Of a DNA stretch of 25,142 bases, positions 1-8,300 are shown piece after piece. The translations under genes and the position numbers were made by a program. Each line of letters begins with the position of its first letter. Position 1 is the stretch's first letter. The notes under the pieces are model-generated. The model saw nothing but the letters and a program-made list of their open reading frames with translations. It was not told the DNA's origin and did not search any database. The DNA is taken from the NCBI GenBank assembly GCA_009781925.1, contig WQUU01000134.1:1-25142 (forward strand), read 5' to 3'. The DNA comes from Bacillota bacterium (GTDB taxonomy: Bacteria > Bacillota > Clostridia > Oscillospirales > Oscillospiraceae).

Positions 1-729
1 CAGCGGATTAAACCAGTGGACGGCGACCGCAAACACCGATATCCATCGGATGAGCACATCTTTCCGCCGCAGATGGCACAGCTCGTGGCACAGGACGGCG
101 CGGAGCTGCGCCTCGGTGTAATCGCGGTCGGGCAGGAGGATTGCGGGGCGAAGCAACCCCACCAGCATCGGCGTCGCGGCGAGGGGATTGCGATAGAGGC
201 GCGGCACGCGGCGGCGGTGCCGGCACAGTACCGCGAGTATGGACAGCTCCTCCGCGCGCGCGGGGCGGTTGCGGCGGCGGTGCAGGCCGATGTAAATTTT
301 GTAATTGACGACGTAGTAGAGCAGCGTAATGAGCGCGCCGGCGGCGTAGACGAGCACGAGGATCAGATCCAGCGGCGTGGATTTCGGCTGAGCTGTCTCT
401 GCGGAGCTTGCGGACGGCGCGGTTGTCACCGCTGAATCGGCGCTGCCGGCATTGCCGAGCGGGGCCTGCGGCCGCGCGGCGGCCGCTGTGGGGATGGGCA
501 GCTGAGCCACAATCGATTGGAGCGGCGCATTGGAGATGGGGTTATTGGCCGGCAAGACCACGAGCTTGGACACGGGGGTCAGTAACGCCGCGAGCACCGC
601 GAGCCAAAGATAATACTGCGCCGACTTCGGCAGGCGGTCGCGCAGCAGCGGTTTTAGCGCAAACAGCAGGAGCGTGAGCGCCGTGCCGGTGAGGGTCATG
701 ATCAAAACCGCGCGGATCAGATCAGTCAT
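1..729 (-). CDS. BlaR1/MecR1-family M56 metallopeptidase signal transducer. Only the N-terminal 243 aa is here; the rest lies beyond the window start. It is missing from the ORF track because it has no stop inside the window.
   Basis: I reverse-translated from the ATG at 729: MTDLIRAVLIMTLTGTALTLLLFALKPLL...YTEAQLRAVLCHELCHLRRKDVLIRWISVFAVAVHWFNPL. The hydrophobic N-terminal segments followed by a HExxH..RRKD zinc motif are typical of M56 BlaR1-like proteins. The start sits 2 nt after the blaI stop. Confidence 0.75.
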   Translation of the reverse strand, partial: MTDLIRAVLIMTLTGTALTLLLFALKPLLRDRLPKSAQYYLWLAVLAALLTPVSKLVVLPANNPISNAPLQSIVAQLPIPTAAAARPQAPLGNAGSADSAVTTAPSASSAETAQPKSTPLDLILVLVYAAGALITLLYYVVNYKIYIGLHRRRNRPARAEELSILAVLCRHRRRVPRLYRNPLAATPMLVGLLRPAILLPDRDYTEAQLRAVLCHELCHLRRKDVLIRWISVFAVAVHWFNPL

Positions 730-731
730 GC

Positions 732-1097
732 TTAGCCGCCCCCCATCGTGAAGTAGGCGCGCAGTTCGTCGATGTCGCCGTCGGTCAGGTGGCCGTTCCG
801 CACCATGGCGATGGCGAGATTCTTCGCGCTGCCGAATTTCTCCAGCACGGTCTTTTCCTCCGCGAGCATGTAATCCTCCTGCGTCACCAAGGGCAGATAC
901 TGCGCCGCGCCGTATCTGTCCAGGCGCGTGATGACGCCCTTTTCCCTCAAGCGCGACACGAGCGTATGGATGGTGGATTTGTTCCAGCCCTTCGACTGTT
1001 CCAGCGACCCGCGCAGTTCGGCGATCGTCAGCGCGCGGCGTTCCCGCCAGAGCAGACGCATCACCTCAAGCTCGGCGTCAGTGATCGCGATGTCCAT
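732..1097 (-). CDS. blaI: BlaI/MecI/CopY-family winged-helix transcriptional repressor
   Basis: 121 aa. MDIAITDAELEVMRLLW...STIHTLVSRLREKGVI matches the penicillinase-repressor family. There is a GGAGG RBS upstream, and it is tightly coupled to the downstream blaR1-like gene. Confidence 0.85.
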   Translation of the reverse strand: MDIAITDAELEVMRLLWRERRALTIAELRGSLEQSKGWNKSTIHTLVSRLREKGVITRLDRYGAAQYLPLVTQEDYMLAEEKTVLEKFGSAKNLAIAMVRNGHLTDGDIDELRAYFTMGGG

Positions 1098-1127
1098 AGG
1101 CAGCCTCCAGTTTATTTATGTAACCGT

Positions 1128-1156
1128 AGTTTACATCTGTAAACTCACTTTGTCAA
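1128..1156 (-). promoter_or_regulatory. Autoregulated sigma-A-type promoter (minus strand: TTGACA-17-TAAACT) containing a BlaI-type operator, the perfect palindrome GTTTACAtcTGTAAAC at 1129-1144.
   Basis: The TACA/TGTA dyad is the hallmark of BlaI/MecI operators. A second imperfect half-dyad (GTTACATAAAT) lies next to it. The -35/-10 spacing is 17 nt. Confidence 0.6.
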
Positions 1157-1206
1157 GGGGGAAAGCGAAAAAAATTCTTTTCAACATAGAATAAAGGGAT
1201 TGTAGC

Positions 1207-1240
1207 AAAACGAAAAAACAAGACCCCGGGGTTTTGTCCG
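1207..1240 (-). terminator. Putative intrinsic terminator downstream of htrA
   Basis: On the minus strand: caaaaCCCCGGGGucuug hairpin followed by UUUUUUCGUUUU. Confidence 0.5.
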
Positions 1241-1345
1241 AGGTCTCGCTCAAAGAGAGGAGTGGGGTGTATCTAGGAGAGGAAAGAGTCATATCAATTT
1301 TATAGGGGCTGATGCCCAATCGGCCCGCGCGCCGGGCCGCAAGCC

Positions 1346-2797
1346 TTATCCGAACAGGTCGCTCCTGTCCATGAGCGCCACCGTAAACCGGAGGTATGAA
1401 CCGTCCCTGTAGACGGTGAACACGAGCGTGTCGCCGACAGAGAGCCCCTCCTTCGCGGCGTTGACATCGTCCGTGGTGGCCACGGCTTTGCCGTTGACCT
1501 CCGTGATGATGTCCCCGACTTGCATCCCCTGCTTATAGGCGTCCGAAGTTTGAATCACGCCGTTGACATAGAGTCCGGCGGGGATGCCGTAGAGTTCCTG
1601 GGCAGTGGAATCCACCGCGACAACGGTGACCCCCAGAGCGGGGATGCCCTTGACCGCGCCGTCCGCTATCAGCGCGTCCACCACGGGCTGGATGCTGGTG
1701 GCGGGGATCGCGAAGCCGATGCCTTCGATGGTGGTATAGGACGACATCATCTTCATGTTCGTGATACCGATCACCTGGCCGTACATGTTCAGAAGCGGGC
1801 CGCCGGAGTTGCCCTCATTGAGGGCGGCGTTGGTCTGGAGAAGCGTCATAGCGTGTCCGTCATAGTCCACATTCCGGTCAATGGCAGAAATAATGCCGTC
1901 GGTCATTGTGCCGCTGTATTCCTGGCCCAGGGGGTTTCCGATGGCCACTACGCCGTCCCCCACGGCAATGTCGGAGAGATCCCCGAATTGGGCGGGCGTG
2001 AGACCGGTGACGTCGATTTTCAGCACCGCGATGTCGTCTGTCGCGTCCGCCCCGACGAGCTTCGCATCGTGCTCCGAGCCGTCGTTGAGGGTGACTTTCG
2101 CGGCGTCGGCGCCGTCGATCACGTGGGCGTTTGTGATAATATACCCATCCGAGGAGATAATTATTCCCGTGCCCCAGGCGTATCCGGCGGGGTCATCCTT
2201 TGTGCTCGCCGTGATGCCCACAACGCTGGGGATACCCTTGGCATAAACCTGCTGGAGTGTCAGCTCTTTCTGTCCGGCGCTGCTCTGAAGCGGCAATGTG
2301 ACGCCCGTGCCGGTCGCGGCCCGGGGGATGTTAAAGGTGCCGCTGACGGCGCCGGAGCCGTAAGTTTGAGAGAAGTAATCCCGATAGTTGTCGGGGTAGC
2401 CCGTGCCGGCGCTTCCGCTCCCGCCGGAACCCTGGCTGTACCGCTCACCGAAGAGATCTAGCTGTCCGCCGCCGAGCCCCTTCAGACCGCCACTGGCGGC
2501 AAACGCGACGAAAATCAGCGCAATCGCCAATGCCACCGCCAGCAGAACAATGGCGACGGTTTTCCCGGAACCGCCGCTCTGCCTCTGATAGGGCATTCCC
2601 CCATAGGGGGAGACATAGCCGGGAGAAGAGTAGGAGCCGGGGGCGCGGTAGGGAGGATAACTCTGGGGAGAGGGGGCCGCGCCGCCCGGCTGTTGAGAAA
2701 ATCCATCTTGGGGAATCCCATATTGGGTGTTGGAAAAGGCACTATCCGGTGTATCAGGGCTGTACCAGCTCTTCAGATCGTACTCATTTTGTGCCAT
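1346..2797 (-). CDS. htrA: HtrA/DegP-family trypsin-like serine protease with C-terminal PDZ domain; long Pro/Tyr/Gly-rich N-terminal region followed by one TM helix
   Basis: 483 aa. Contains GNSGGPL (catalytic Ser), the HAMTLLQTNAALNEGNSGGP region, the His/Asp triad context, and a PDZ-like C-terminus (GDIITEVNGKAV...). Confidence 0.9.
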   Translation of the reverse strand: MAQNEYDLKSWYSPDTPDSAFSNTQYGIPQDGFSQQPGGAAPSPQSYPPYRAPGSYSSPGYVSPYGGMPYQRQSGGSGKTVAIVLLAVALAIALIFVAFAASGGLKGLGGGQLDLFGERYSQGSGGSGSAGTGYPDNYRDYFSQTYGSGAVSGTFNIPRAATGTGVTLPLQSSAGQKELTLQQVYAKGIPSVVGITASTKDDPAGYAWGTGIIISSDGYIITNAHVIDGADAAKVTLNDGSEHDAKLVGADATDDIAVLKIDVTGLTPAQFGDLSDIAVGDGVVAIGNPLGQEYSGTMTDGIISAIDRNVDYDGHAMTLLQTNAALNEGNSGGPLLNMYGQVIGITNMKMMSSYTTIEGIGFAIPATSIQPVVDALIADGAVKGIPALGVTVVAVDSTAQELYGIPAGLYVNGVIQTSDAYKQGMQVGDIITEVNGKAVATTDDVNAAKEGLSVGDTLVFTVYRDGSYLRFTVALMDRSDLFG

Positions 2798-2898
2798 TTG
2801 GTCTCCCCCTCGATTTCATATATCATAACCTTAAAAATTGCATTCCGTGTGAATATACTGTAAACAAAGAGTGAATGTTGGGGCGGGAGGAATTTCAT

Positions 2899-4368
2899 TT
2901 ATTTTTCCTTTGTGGGGCTGCGCCCCACGCCCCCCAAGGTCAAATTCAGCGCGAAGATAAATTCGGTCACGCCGTCGCGGCTGGTGACACTGATGTCGCC
3001 GTCGTGGTTGCTCAGGATCGTCTTGACCAGGTTTAACCCCAGGCCGACGCCGTCTCTGTCCTGGCTGCGGGAGCGATCCGCCTTGTGGAAGCGGTCAAAG
3101 ATGAGGGGCAGCTCCGACTCGGGGATGGTCTCCCCCTGATCTTTGACGGAGACATAGGCCCTGCCGTCCTGCTTCCAGAGGGAGAGGCCGATGGTGCTGT
3201 TCTCCCGTGAAAATTTTATGGCGTTGTCGAGGAGGTTATACACGACTCTGGTGATCGCGTCCGCGTCACCCGGAACCATCATGCGCTCCTCCGGGAGATC
3301 CACGTCCACGTCCAGATTTTTGCGGGTGGCCTTGGCCTCAAAGTTGACGAGGGTGCGGCGCAAAACTTCGGAGAGATCAAACTCCGACATGTGCATGGCC
3401 GACGCCCCTTGGCGCTGCATGACGCTCAGATCCAGCATGCTGCGCACCAGGCGGGAGAGGCGCTTGGTCTCCGAGGAGATCGTGCGCAGATATTTGTCCC
3501 GGCTCTCCTCGGGGATGGTGCCGTCCAGCAGTCCGTCCGCAAAACCGGAGATGGAGGTCATGGGCGTCTTGAGCTCGTGAGAGATGTTGGCGATGAATTC
3601 GCGGCGCAGCTCCTCGGACTTCTCCAGAGATTCCGCCATGGCGTTAAAGCTGCGGGTGAGTTCGCCGATCTCGTCCTCCCGCCGGACGTCCCCGACCCGG
3701 GCGGAGAAATCCCCCCGCTCAAAGTGCCGGGCGGCGGCGGCCATCTCGTTGAGCGGCTTTGCCTGCCGCTTGGAGGTGAAATAGGACAGGAGGAGGGCCA
3801 CGGCGAGCACCACCAGAGCCGCGACCAGCACAATGCCCAAAAAAGTCCCCCACGCGCGCATGATGGATCCGCTGTCCGAGGCGATGAAGACATAGCCTGC
3901 CACGCCGGTTCCGAAAGGGCTGTGGATCGCTTGCGCAACCACATAATAGGGAACCGGATAAAAGCCCCCCAAGGTGCCAAAGGCGGACAGGGCCCCGGTG
4001 TCACGCAACGTTGCCATGTAATTTTCGGCGATCCGCCGCCCCAGAAAGGGGCTGAGCAGATCGTCCGAGCTGTTGATCACCGCACCGCTCGCGTCACAGA
4101 GAAAAACATGGTAGCCTGTGATACTGGAGACGGCGGCGATAAAGGGATTATAACTGATATCTGCCAGATCGCTGCCCGGCATATTGTGCAGTTCCGCCCA
4201 CAGGCTGTGGGACACCTCGCCCGCCGTTCTGGAAAGGCTGTCCTGTTTATCGCTGACGACGTAGCGGCGGCCCAGAAACATAAAGGCCGCGCCCAGGATG
4301 ACAAAGCTGAGAATGACCGTCCCCGCCGTCAGAAGGAAGTTGCGCATGGTGATGCTTTTCATGATCAT
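2899..4368 (-). CDS. Sensor histidine kinase: two TM helices flanking a ~140-aa extracytoplasmic domain, then HAMP, HisKA and HATPase_c
   Basis: 489 aa. ISHELKTPMTSI H-box and DNAIKFS...GLGLNLV ATPase motifs; TM helices near residues 10-32 and 175-197. Confidence 0.9.
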   Translation of the reverse strand: MIMKSITMRNFLLTAGTVILSFVILGAAFMFLGRRYVVSDKQDSLSRTAGEVSHSLWAELHNMPGSDLADISYNPFIAAVSSITGYHVFLCDASGAVINSSDDLLSPFLGRRIAENYMATLRDTGALSAFGTLGGFYPVPYYVVAQAIHSPFGTGVAGYVFIASDSGSIMRAWGTFLGIVLVAALVVLAVALLLSYFTSKRQAKPLNEMAAAARHFERGDFSARVGDVRREDEIGELTRSFNAMAESLEKSEELRREFIANISHELKTPMTSISGFADGLLDGTIPEESRDKYLRTISSETKRLSRLVRSMLDLSVMQRQGASAMHMSEFDLSEVLRRTLVNFEAKATRKNLDVDVDLPEERMMVPGDADAITRVVYNLLDNAIKFSRENSTIGLSLWKQDGRAYVSVKDQGETIPESELPLIFDRFHKADRSRSQDRDGVGLGLNLVKTILSNHDGDISVTSRDGVTEFIFALNLTLGGVGRSPTKEK

Positions 4369-4391
4369 TTCTCGGTTCGTGTGGGTTTTTT

Positions 4392-4461
4392 GTAGGGGCA
4401 GACCTGGCGTCTGCCCCAGACTGGTCTGCCCGGAAGCGGGCGGACGCCAGGTTCGCCCCTA
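4392..4461. repeat. REP-like GC-rich nested palindrome (GTAGGGGCAGACCTGGCGTCTGCCCC...GCCCCTAT) filling the RR-HK intergenic gap
   Basis: GTAGGGG / CCCCTA termini and internal inverted repeats (GGCAGAC-CTGGC-GTCTGCC). The response-regulator TAG stop (4459-4461) lies in its terminal CCCTA. Confidence 0.55.
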
Positions 4462-5142
4462 TAGCACCTCAAATTTGTAGCCCACGCCCCAGACCGTCTT
4501 CAGCGACCACTTGTCGGACACGTCCTCCAACTTCTCCCTTAAACGCTTGACGTGCACGTCCACCGTGCGGGAGTCGCCAAAGTAGTCAAAGCCCCAGACC
4601 TCGTCCAGGAGCTGGTTGCGCGTATACACCCGGTTCGGCGAGGACGCCAGGTGAAAGAGCAGCTCCAGCTCTTTCGGCGGGGTGTCCACGCGCCTGTCAT
4701 TTACGATGAGCTCATAGGAGTCCATGTTGATCACGAGCCTGTCAAAGCTGAGTTTCTTTTCCGGAGGGATCTCCTCCCCCTTGCTCCGGCGCAGGACGGC
4801 GTGCACCCGGGCCAGGAGCTCCTTGACCTCGAAAGGCTTGACGATATAATCGTCCGCCCCCATCTCCAGGCCGCTGACCTTGTCGAAGGTCTCCCCTTTT
4901 GCGGTGAGCATGATCACCGGCACCTGGGAGAACTGCCGAACCTCCCGGCAGACCTGCCAGCCGTCCTTTACGGGGAGCATGATATCCAGGAGCATGAGGT
5001 CGGGCTCGACCTCCTTGGCCAGGCGCACCCCCACGCCGCCGTCCGCGGCGAGGTACACCTCAAAACCGTCCTTCTCCAGGTACAGCCGCAGAAGTTCGGC
5101 GATGTTTCCGTCATCCTCGACGACCAGAGCTTTTTTTGCCAC
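4459..5142 (-). CDS. OmpR/PhoB-family response regulator (receiver plus winged-helix DNA-binding domain)
   Basis: 227 aa. LVVEDD...LLDIMLP receiver motifs and a C-terminal trans_reg_C (YLVTVWGVGYKF). GTG start with GGAGGG RBS; TATAAT -10 upstream. Confidence 0.9.
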   Translation of the reverse strand: MAKKALVVEDDGNIAELLRLYLEKDGFEVYLAADGGVGVRLAKEVEPDLMLLDIMLPVKDGWQVCREVRQFSQVPVIMLTAKGETFDKVSGLEMGADDYIVKPFEVKELLARVHAVLRRSKGEEIPPEKKLSFDRLVINMDSYELIVNDRRVDTPPKELELLFHLASSPNRVYTRNQLLDEVWGFDYFGDSRTVDVHVKRLREKLEDVSDKWSLKTVWGVGYKFEVL

Positions 5143-5241
5143 AATTTACCCTCCTCAACACAAAGCAGAGGTAATCATTCCTATAATTGCATTATACCCC
5201 AGCAATCGCGTCGGAAAGGTGAACAAAGTGTAAAACCTGCA

Positions 5242-5318
5242 TAGGGGCCGCACACCCGGCGGCCCGCATTGTGAACCCGCCCGGAGAATACGGGGACGCC
5301 CAGGGGGGCGTCCTCTAC
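5242..5318. repeat. REP-like element of about 77 bp, homologous (about 75% identity) to the copy at 18396-18473
   Basis: TAGGGGCCGCACACCCGGCGGCCCGC...GGGGACGCCCAGGGGGGCGTCCTCTAC aligns with GTAGGGGCCGCCGCCCTCGGCGGCCCGC...GGGACGCCCAAGGGGGCGTCCCCTAC. The feoB TAG stop (5315-5317) is inside its CTCTAC end. Confidence 0.6.
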
Positions 5319-7732
5319 GCCAGACCCACCAGCCGCCCCAGTTGGTATACCAGCAGCGATACGCCATAGGCGCAGATCAGCTGCCAGGCCACCGAGGTCA
5401 GCGTCCATTTGAGGCTGCCCATCTCCCTGTGAATCGCGGAGACCGCCGCCACACAGGGGACGTACAGCAGCACAAAGACCAAAAACGCGAAGGCGGCTAG
5501 CGGTGAGCCGAAAGTGCCGGAGAGGGCCGCGCTCACGGCGGCGCCGGAGGCGGTGAGGGCAAAGCCATAGAACATGGAGAGGGAGGCGACGACGGCCTCC
5601 TTCGCCACAAAGCCGGTGAGCAGGGCCACGGCCGCCTGCCAGGCGCCGAAGCCCAGGGGCGTGAAGATCGGCGCGAGGAGCCCGCCCAGGGCCCCCAGAA
5701 TGCTGTGCTCCGCGTCGGCCGCCATCCGGAAGCCGGGGCCGAAGCTCCGCAAAAACCAGAGGATGACACTCATCATTAAGATCAGCGTCCCGGCCCGGAC
5801 GAGAAAGCCGCGCACCCTATCCCAGACGTGGCGCAGCGTGTTTTTGAGACTGGGCAGACGGTAGGGCGGCAGCTCCAGCACAAAGGCGGCGCTCTCCCCC
5901 CGGAAGAGGGTTTTCTTGAATAACAGGCCCGAGAGAATCGCCAGCGCCATGCCGAGAAGGTATAATCCAAAGACCACAAACCCGGCGTACCGGCCGAAAA
6001 AGGCCGCGGCGATGAGCCCGTAGACCGGCAGTTTGGCGGAACAGCTCATAAAGGGGATGAGCATGACCGTCATGCGCCGGTCTTTTTCGCTCTCCATGGC
6101 GCGCGCGCCCATGACGGCGGGCACGGTGCAGCCAAAGCCCATGAGCATAGGAATGAACGCCTTGCCGGAGAGCCCGAAGCGTTTTAGCAGCCTGTCCATG
6201 ATAAAGGCCGCCCGGGCCATGTAGCCGGAATCCTCCAGCAGGGAGAGGAAGAAAAATAGCAGCGCAATCTGGGGCAAAAAGGTGAGCACGCCGCCCACGC
6301 CGGCCAGGATGCCCTTCACCGCCAGGGAGACGAGCCAGGGCGCGGCGTGAATCGCACTGAGGCCGCCGCCGAGCCAGACGCCGAGGTAATTGTTCAAAAG
6401 AATGCCGACCCCGTTGCTGAGCCCCTTGCCAATGGGGCCAAAGGTAATGGCGAAGATCAGGAGCATCGTCAACAGGAAGGCGGGGACGGCCAAATATTTG
6501 TTGGTGACCACTTTGTCGATCCGGTCACTGGCGGACAGCGCGCCCTCCGCCCTCCCCCGCAGCAGCGAGGTCTTTACCGCGTTCTCAATGTAGCGGTATC
6601 GGCTGTCGGCCACCAGAGTCTCCCGGTCGCCGAAAGGGGAGGCGGCCTCAAACTTGGCGGCAATGATCCGGAGTTTTTGTTTCGTTTCGTCATCCAGATG
6701 CAGGGCGTCTTCCACGAGTTTGTCGCCCTCCAGCACTTTGACGCCGGCCCAGTGGGCGGGCAGGCCCGCGGCGTAGGCGAAGTCGTGGATGAGTTCGCCT
6801 ACCTCGTGGTGTATCTCGTGGGTGAAGTCGTCATAGAGGTCGTCCGGCTCGACGGTGTAGCCGATGTGCATCTGCCGGTGGGCCGTGTGCATGAGCTCAT
6901 CGAGACCCTGCCCGGTTTTGGCCGTGATGGGGATGATGGGGATGCCCAGCGTCTCGGAGAGGCGCTTTAGGTCGATCCTGTCGCCGCGCTTTTCCACCTC
7001 GTCCATGAAGTTGAGAGCCATGACCATGGGTTTCTCCAGCTCCAGAAGCTGGACGGTCAGGTAGAGGTTGCGCTCCAGATTCGTGGCGTCCACAATGTTG
7101 ATGACCGCGTCCGGGGCCTCCCGCACAAGATAATCCCGGGTGACGATCTCCTCCATGGAGTAGGGAGAGAGCGAATAGACGCCCGGCAGGTCCGCGACGG
7201 TGACCTGCCGGCTGCCGAAGCTGGCCTTGCCCTCCTTCTTTTCCACCGTCACCCCCGGCCAGTTGCCCACATACTGGTTTGCCCCGGTCAGGGCATTGAA
7301 GAGGGTGGTCTTGCCGCTGTTGGGATTGCCCACAAGGGCGATGCGCATCTCCCGGCGGTCGTGCTCCGTGCGGTCGTATTTCCCGGCGTGGTAATCCAGC
7401 TCGTGGTCATGCGCGTGGCGCATCCGATCCAGTGTGGCCTCATCGAATTGGCGGCGGACATAGCAGGCCTGGCCGCAGCCCGCGCAGTCCGCACAGTTTG
7501 GGCGGCGCGGACGGCGCGGAGGTTCGCCGATACGGATCTGCATGGCGTCCGCTCCGCGGAGGCTGAGGGCGTAGTTCCGGACGCTGACCTCCAGCGGGTC
7601 GCCGAAAGGCGCGATTTTCTTGATTGTAACTTTTGTGCCCGGAGTCAGGCCCATGTCAATGAGCCTCCGCCGCACGGCCGGGTCGCGGTTTGAAACCTCC
7701 GTGATGAGGCCGCTCTGTCCGGGACGCAGCAT
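5315..7732 (-). CDS. feoB: Fused FeoA-FeoB ferrous iron transporter: N-terminal FeoA SH3-like domain, a Cys4/His-rich linker, FeoB GTPase domain and a polytopic permease
   Basis: 805 aa. FeoA-like residues 1-70, then IALVGNPNSGKTTLFNALTG G1 motif, DLPGVYSL G3 motif and multiple TM segments. Confidence 0.9.
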   Translation of the reverse strand: MLRPGQSGLITEVSNRDPAVRRRLIDMGLTPGTKVTIKKIAPFGDPLEVSVRNYALSLRGADAMQIRIGEPPRRPRRPNCADCAGCGQACYVRRQFDEATLDRMRHAHDHELDYHAGKYDRTEHDRREMRIALVGNPNSGKTTLFNALTGANQYVGNWPGVTVEKKEGKASFGSRQVTVADLPGVYSLSPYSMEEIVTRDYLVREAPDAVINIVDATNLERNLYLTVQLLELEKPMVMALNFMDEVEKRGDRIDLKRLSETLGIPIIPITAKTGQGLDELMHTAHRQMHIGYTVEPDDLYDDFTHEIHHEVGELIHDFAYAAGLPAHWAGVKVLEGDKLVEDALHLDDETKQKLRIIAAKFEAASPFGDRETLVADSRYRYIENAVKTSLLRGRAEGALSASDRIDKVVTNKYLAVPAFLLTMLLIFAITFGPIGKGLSNGVGILLNNYLGVWLGGGLSAIHAAPWLVSLAVKGILAGVGGVLTFLPQIALLFFFLSLLEDSGYMARAAFIMDRLLKRFGLSGKAFIPMLMGFGCTVPAVMGARAMESEKDRRMTVMLIPFMSCSAKLPVYGLIAAAFFGRYAGFVVFGLYLLGMALAILSGLLFKKTLFRGESAAFVLELPPYRLPSLKNTLRHVWDRVRGFLVRAGTLILMMSVILWFLRSFGPGFRMAADAEHSILGALGGLLAPIFTPLGFGAWQAAVALLTGFVAKEAVVASLSMFYGFALTASGAAVSAALSGTFGSPLAAFAFLVFVLLYVPCVAAVSAIHREMGSLKWTLTSVAWQLICAYGVSLLVYQLGRLVGLA

Positions 7733-7958
7733 GTCGAGGGTGTCCTTGTTCCCGATGGGTATCCCTTCTTTCTCGTTCCGAAAGATAATGTACCACGGTT
7801 ATGGGGCGGCGTCAATTGGCAAGCAAGCGGAAAACGGTCAAGGGCTTGACAAGGGCATTTGGGTGAACCACCTCGTCAGGGCGAAGACCACGCCCTGTCA
7901 CTCCTCCTCGGGAGGAGAATTTTTAGAGGTGCGGTGGTGGAATTGGATATGCCGCGTT

Positions 7959-8207
7959 CTAATCGCTCTTCCCCAGCAACCAATCGACACTGACCCCGAG
8001 TATTTCAGACAGCGCATTTAGTTCAAAATCGGAAACCGGCCTTTTCTGCCCTTCCAGAAGTGAGAGTGCAGGTGCACTGATGTCTATTCCTTTTACTTGC
8101 AATCTCGCCAATAAATCTTTTTGCAGCAATCCAATTTTTAATCTGGCCTCTGTTACACGATATCCAACCATATTTTGTGTTCCCAAAGACAATTTCCTCT
8201 TATTCAT
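7959..8207 (-). CDS. XRE-family helix-turn-helix transcriptional regulator (Cro/CI-like)
   Basis: 82 aa. ...LLQKDLLARLQVKGIDISAPALSLLEGQKRPVSDFELNALSEILGVSVDWLL is a classic HTH_XRE pattern. AAGGGGG RBS. The island is low-GC. Confidence 0.75.
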   Translation of the reverse strand: MNKRKLSLGTQNMVGYRVTEARLKIGLLQKDLLARLQVKGIDISAPALSLLEGQKRPVSDFELNALSEILGVSVDWLLGKSD

Positions 8208-8231
8208 TTCAGAACCCCCTTAATTTAATAT

Positions 8232-8276
8232 TACCAAATTTAGCATTGACAATTTTGGTAATACCAAATATAATTA
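8232..8276 (+). promoter_or_regulatory. Divergent promoter/operator region: plus-strand TTGACA(8246-8251)-17-TATAAT(8269-8274), with a 7-1-7 palindrome TTTGGTAaTACCAAA in the spacer and a third TACCAAAT half-site at 8232-8239
   Basis: Consensus -35/-10 with 17-nt spacing. The operator palindrome overlaps the spacer, which is typical of a self-repressed XRE switch. Confidence 0.6.
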
Positions 8277-8300
8277 GAATATTTTAAGGGGGCGAAGACG

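Noticed and set aside
16-435. Plus-strand 139-aa ORF at the window start
   Set aside because: It lies antisense to a far more convincing BlaR1-like M56 peptidase reading frame (HExxH, TM helices, tight coupling to blaI). It has no RBS and is an Arg/Ala-rich high-GC artefact.
1520-2461. 313-aa plus-strand ORF (and 1881-2246) inside htrA
   Set aside because: Antisense to the HtrA protease gene in high-GC DNA. Low-complexity Gly/Arg/Ala-rich translation with no motifs.
3391-4395. 334-aa plus-strand ORF overlapping the histidine kinase
   Set aside because: Antisense shadow ORF of the HK gene. Typical high-GC open frame without start context.
6347-6970. 207-aa plus-strand ORF inside feoB
   Set aside because: Antisense to the FeoB permease region. 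No RBS or motifs.
7770-7800. Possible Fur box upstream of feoAB (GATAATGTACCAC / CATTATC)
   Set aside because: Only a partial match to the 7-1-7 TGATAAT-n-ATTATCA consensus. It cannot be distinguished from chance in AT-richer promoter DNA without a PWM scan.
7877-7928. Tandem hairpins CAGGGCG..CGCCCTG and CTCCTCC-tcg-GGAGGAG followed by AATTTTT downstream of the XRE gene
   Set aside because: The T-run is on the plus strand, where no gene is upstream. On the minus strand (the XRE gene's polarity) there is no U-tract. It may terminate antisense transcription, but it is not assigned to a gene.
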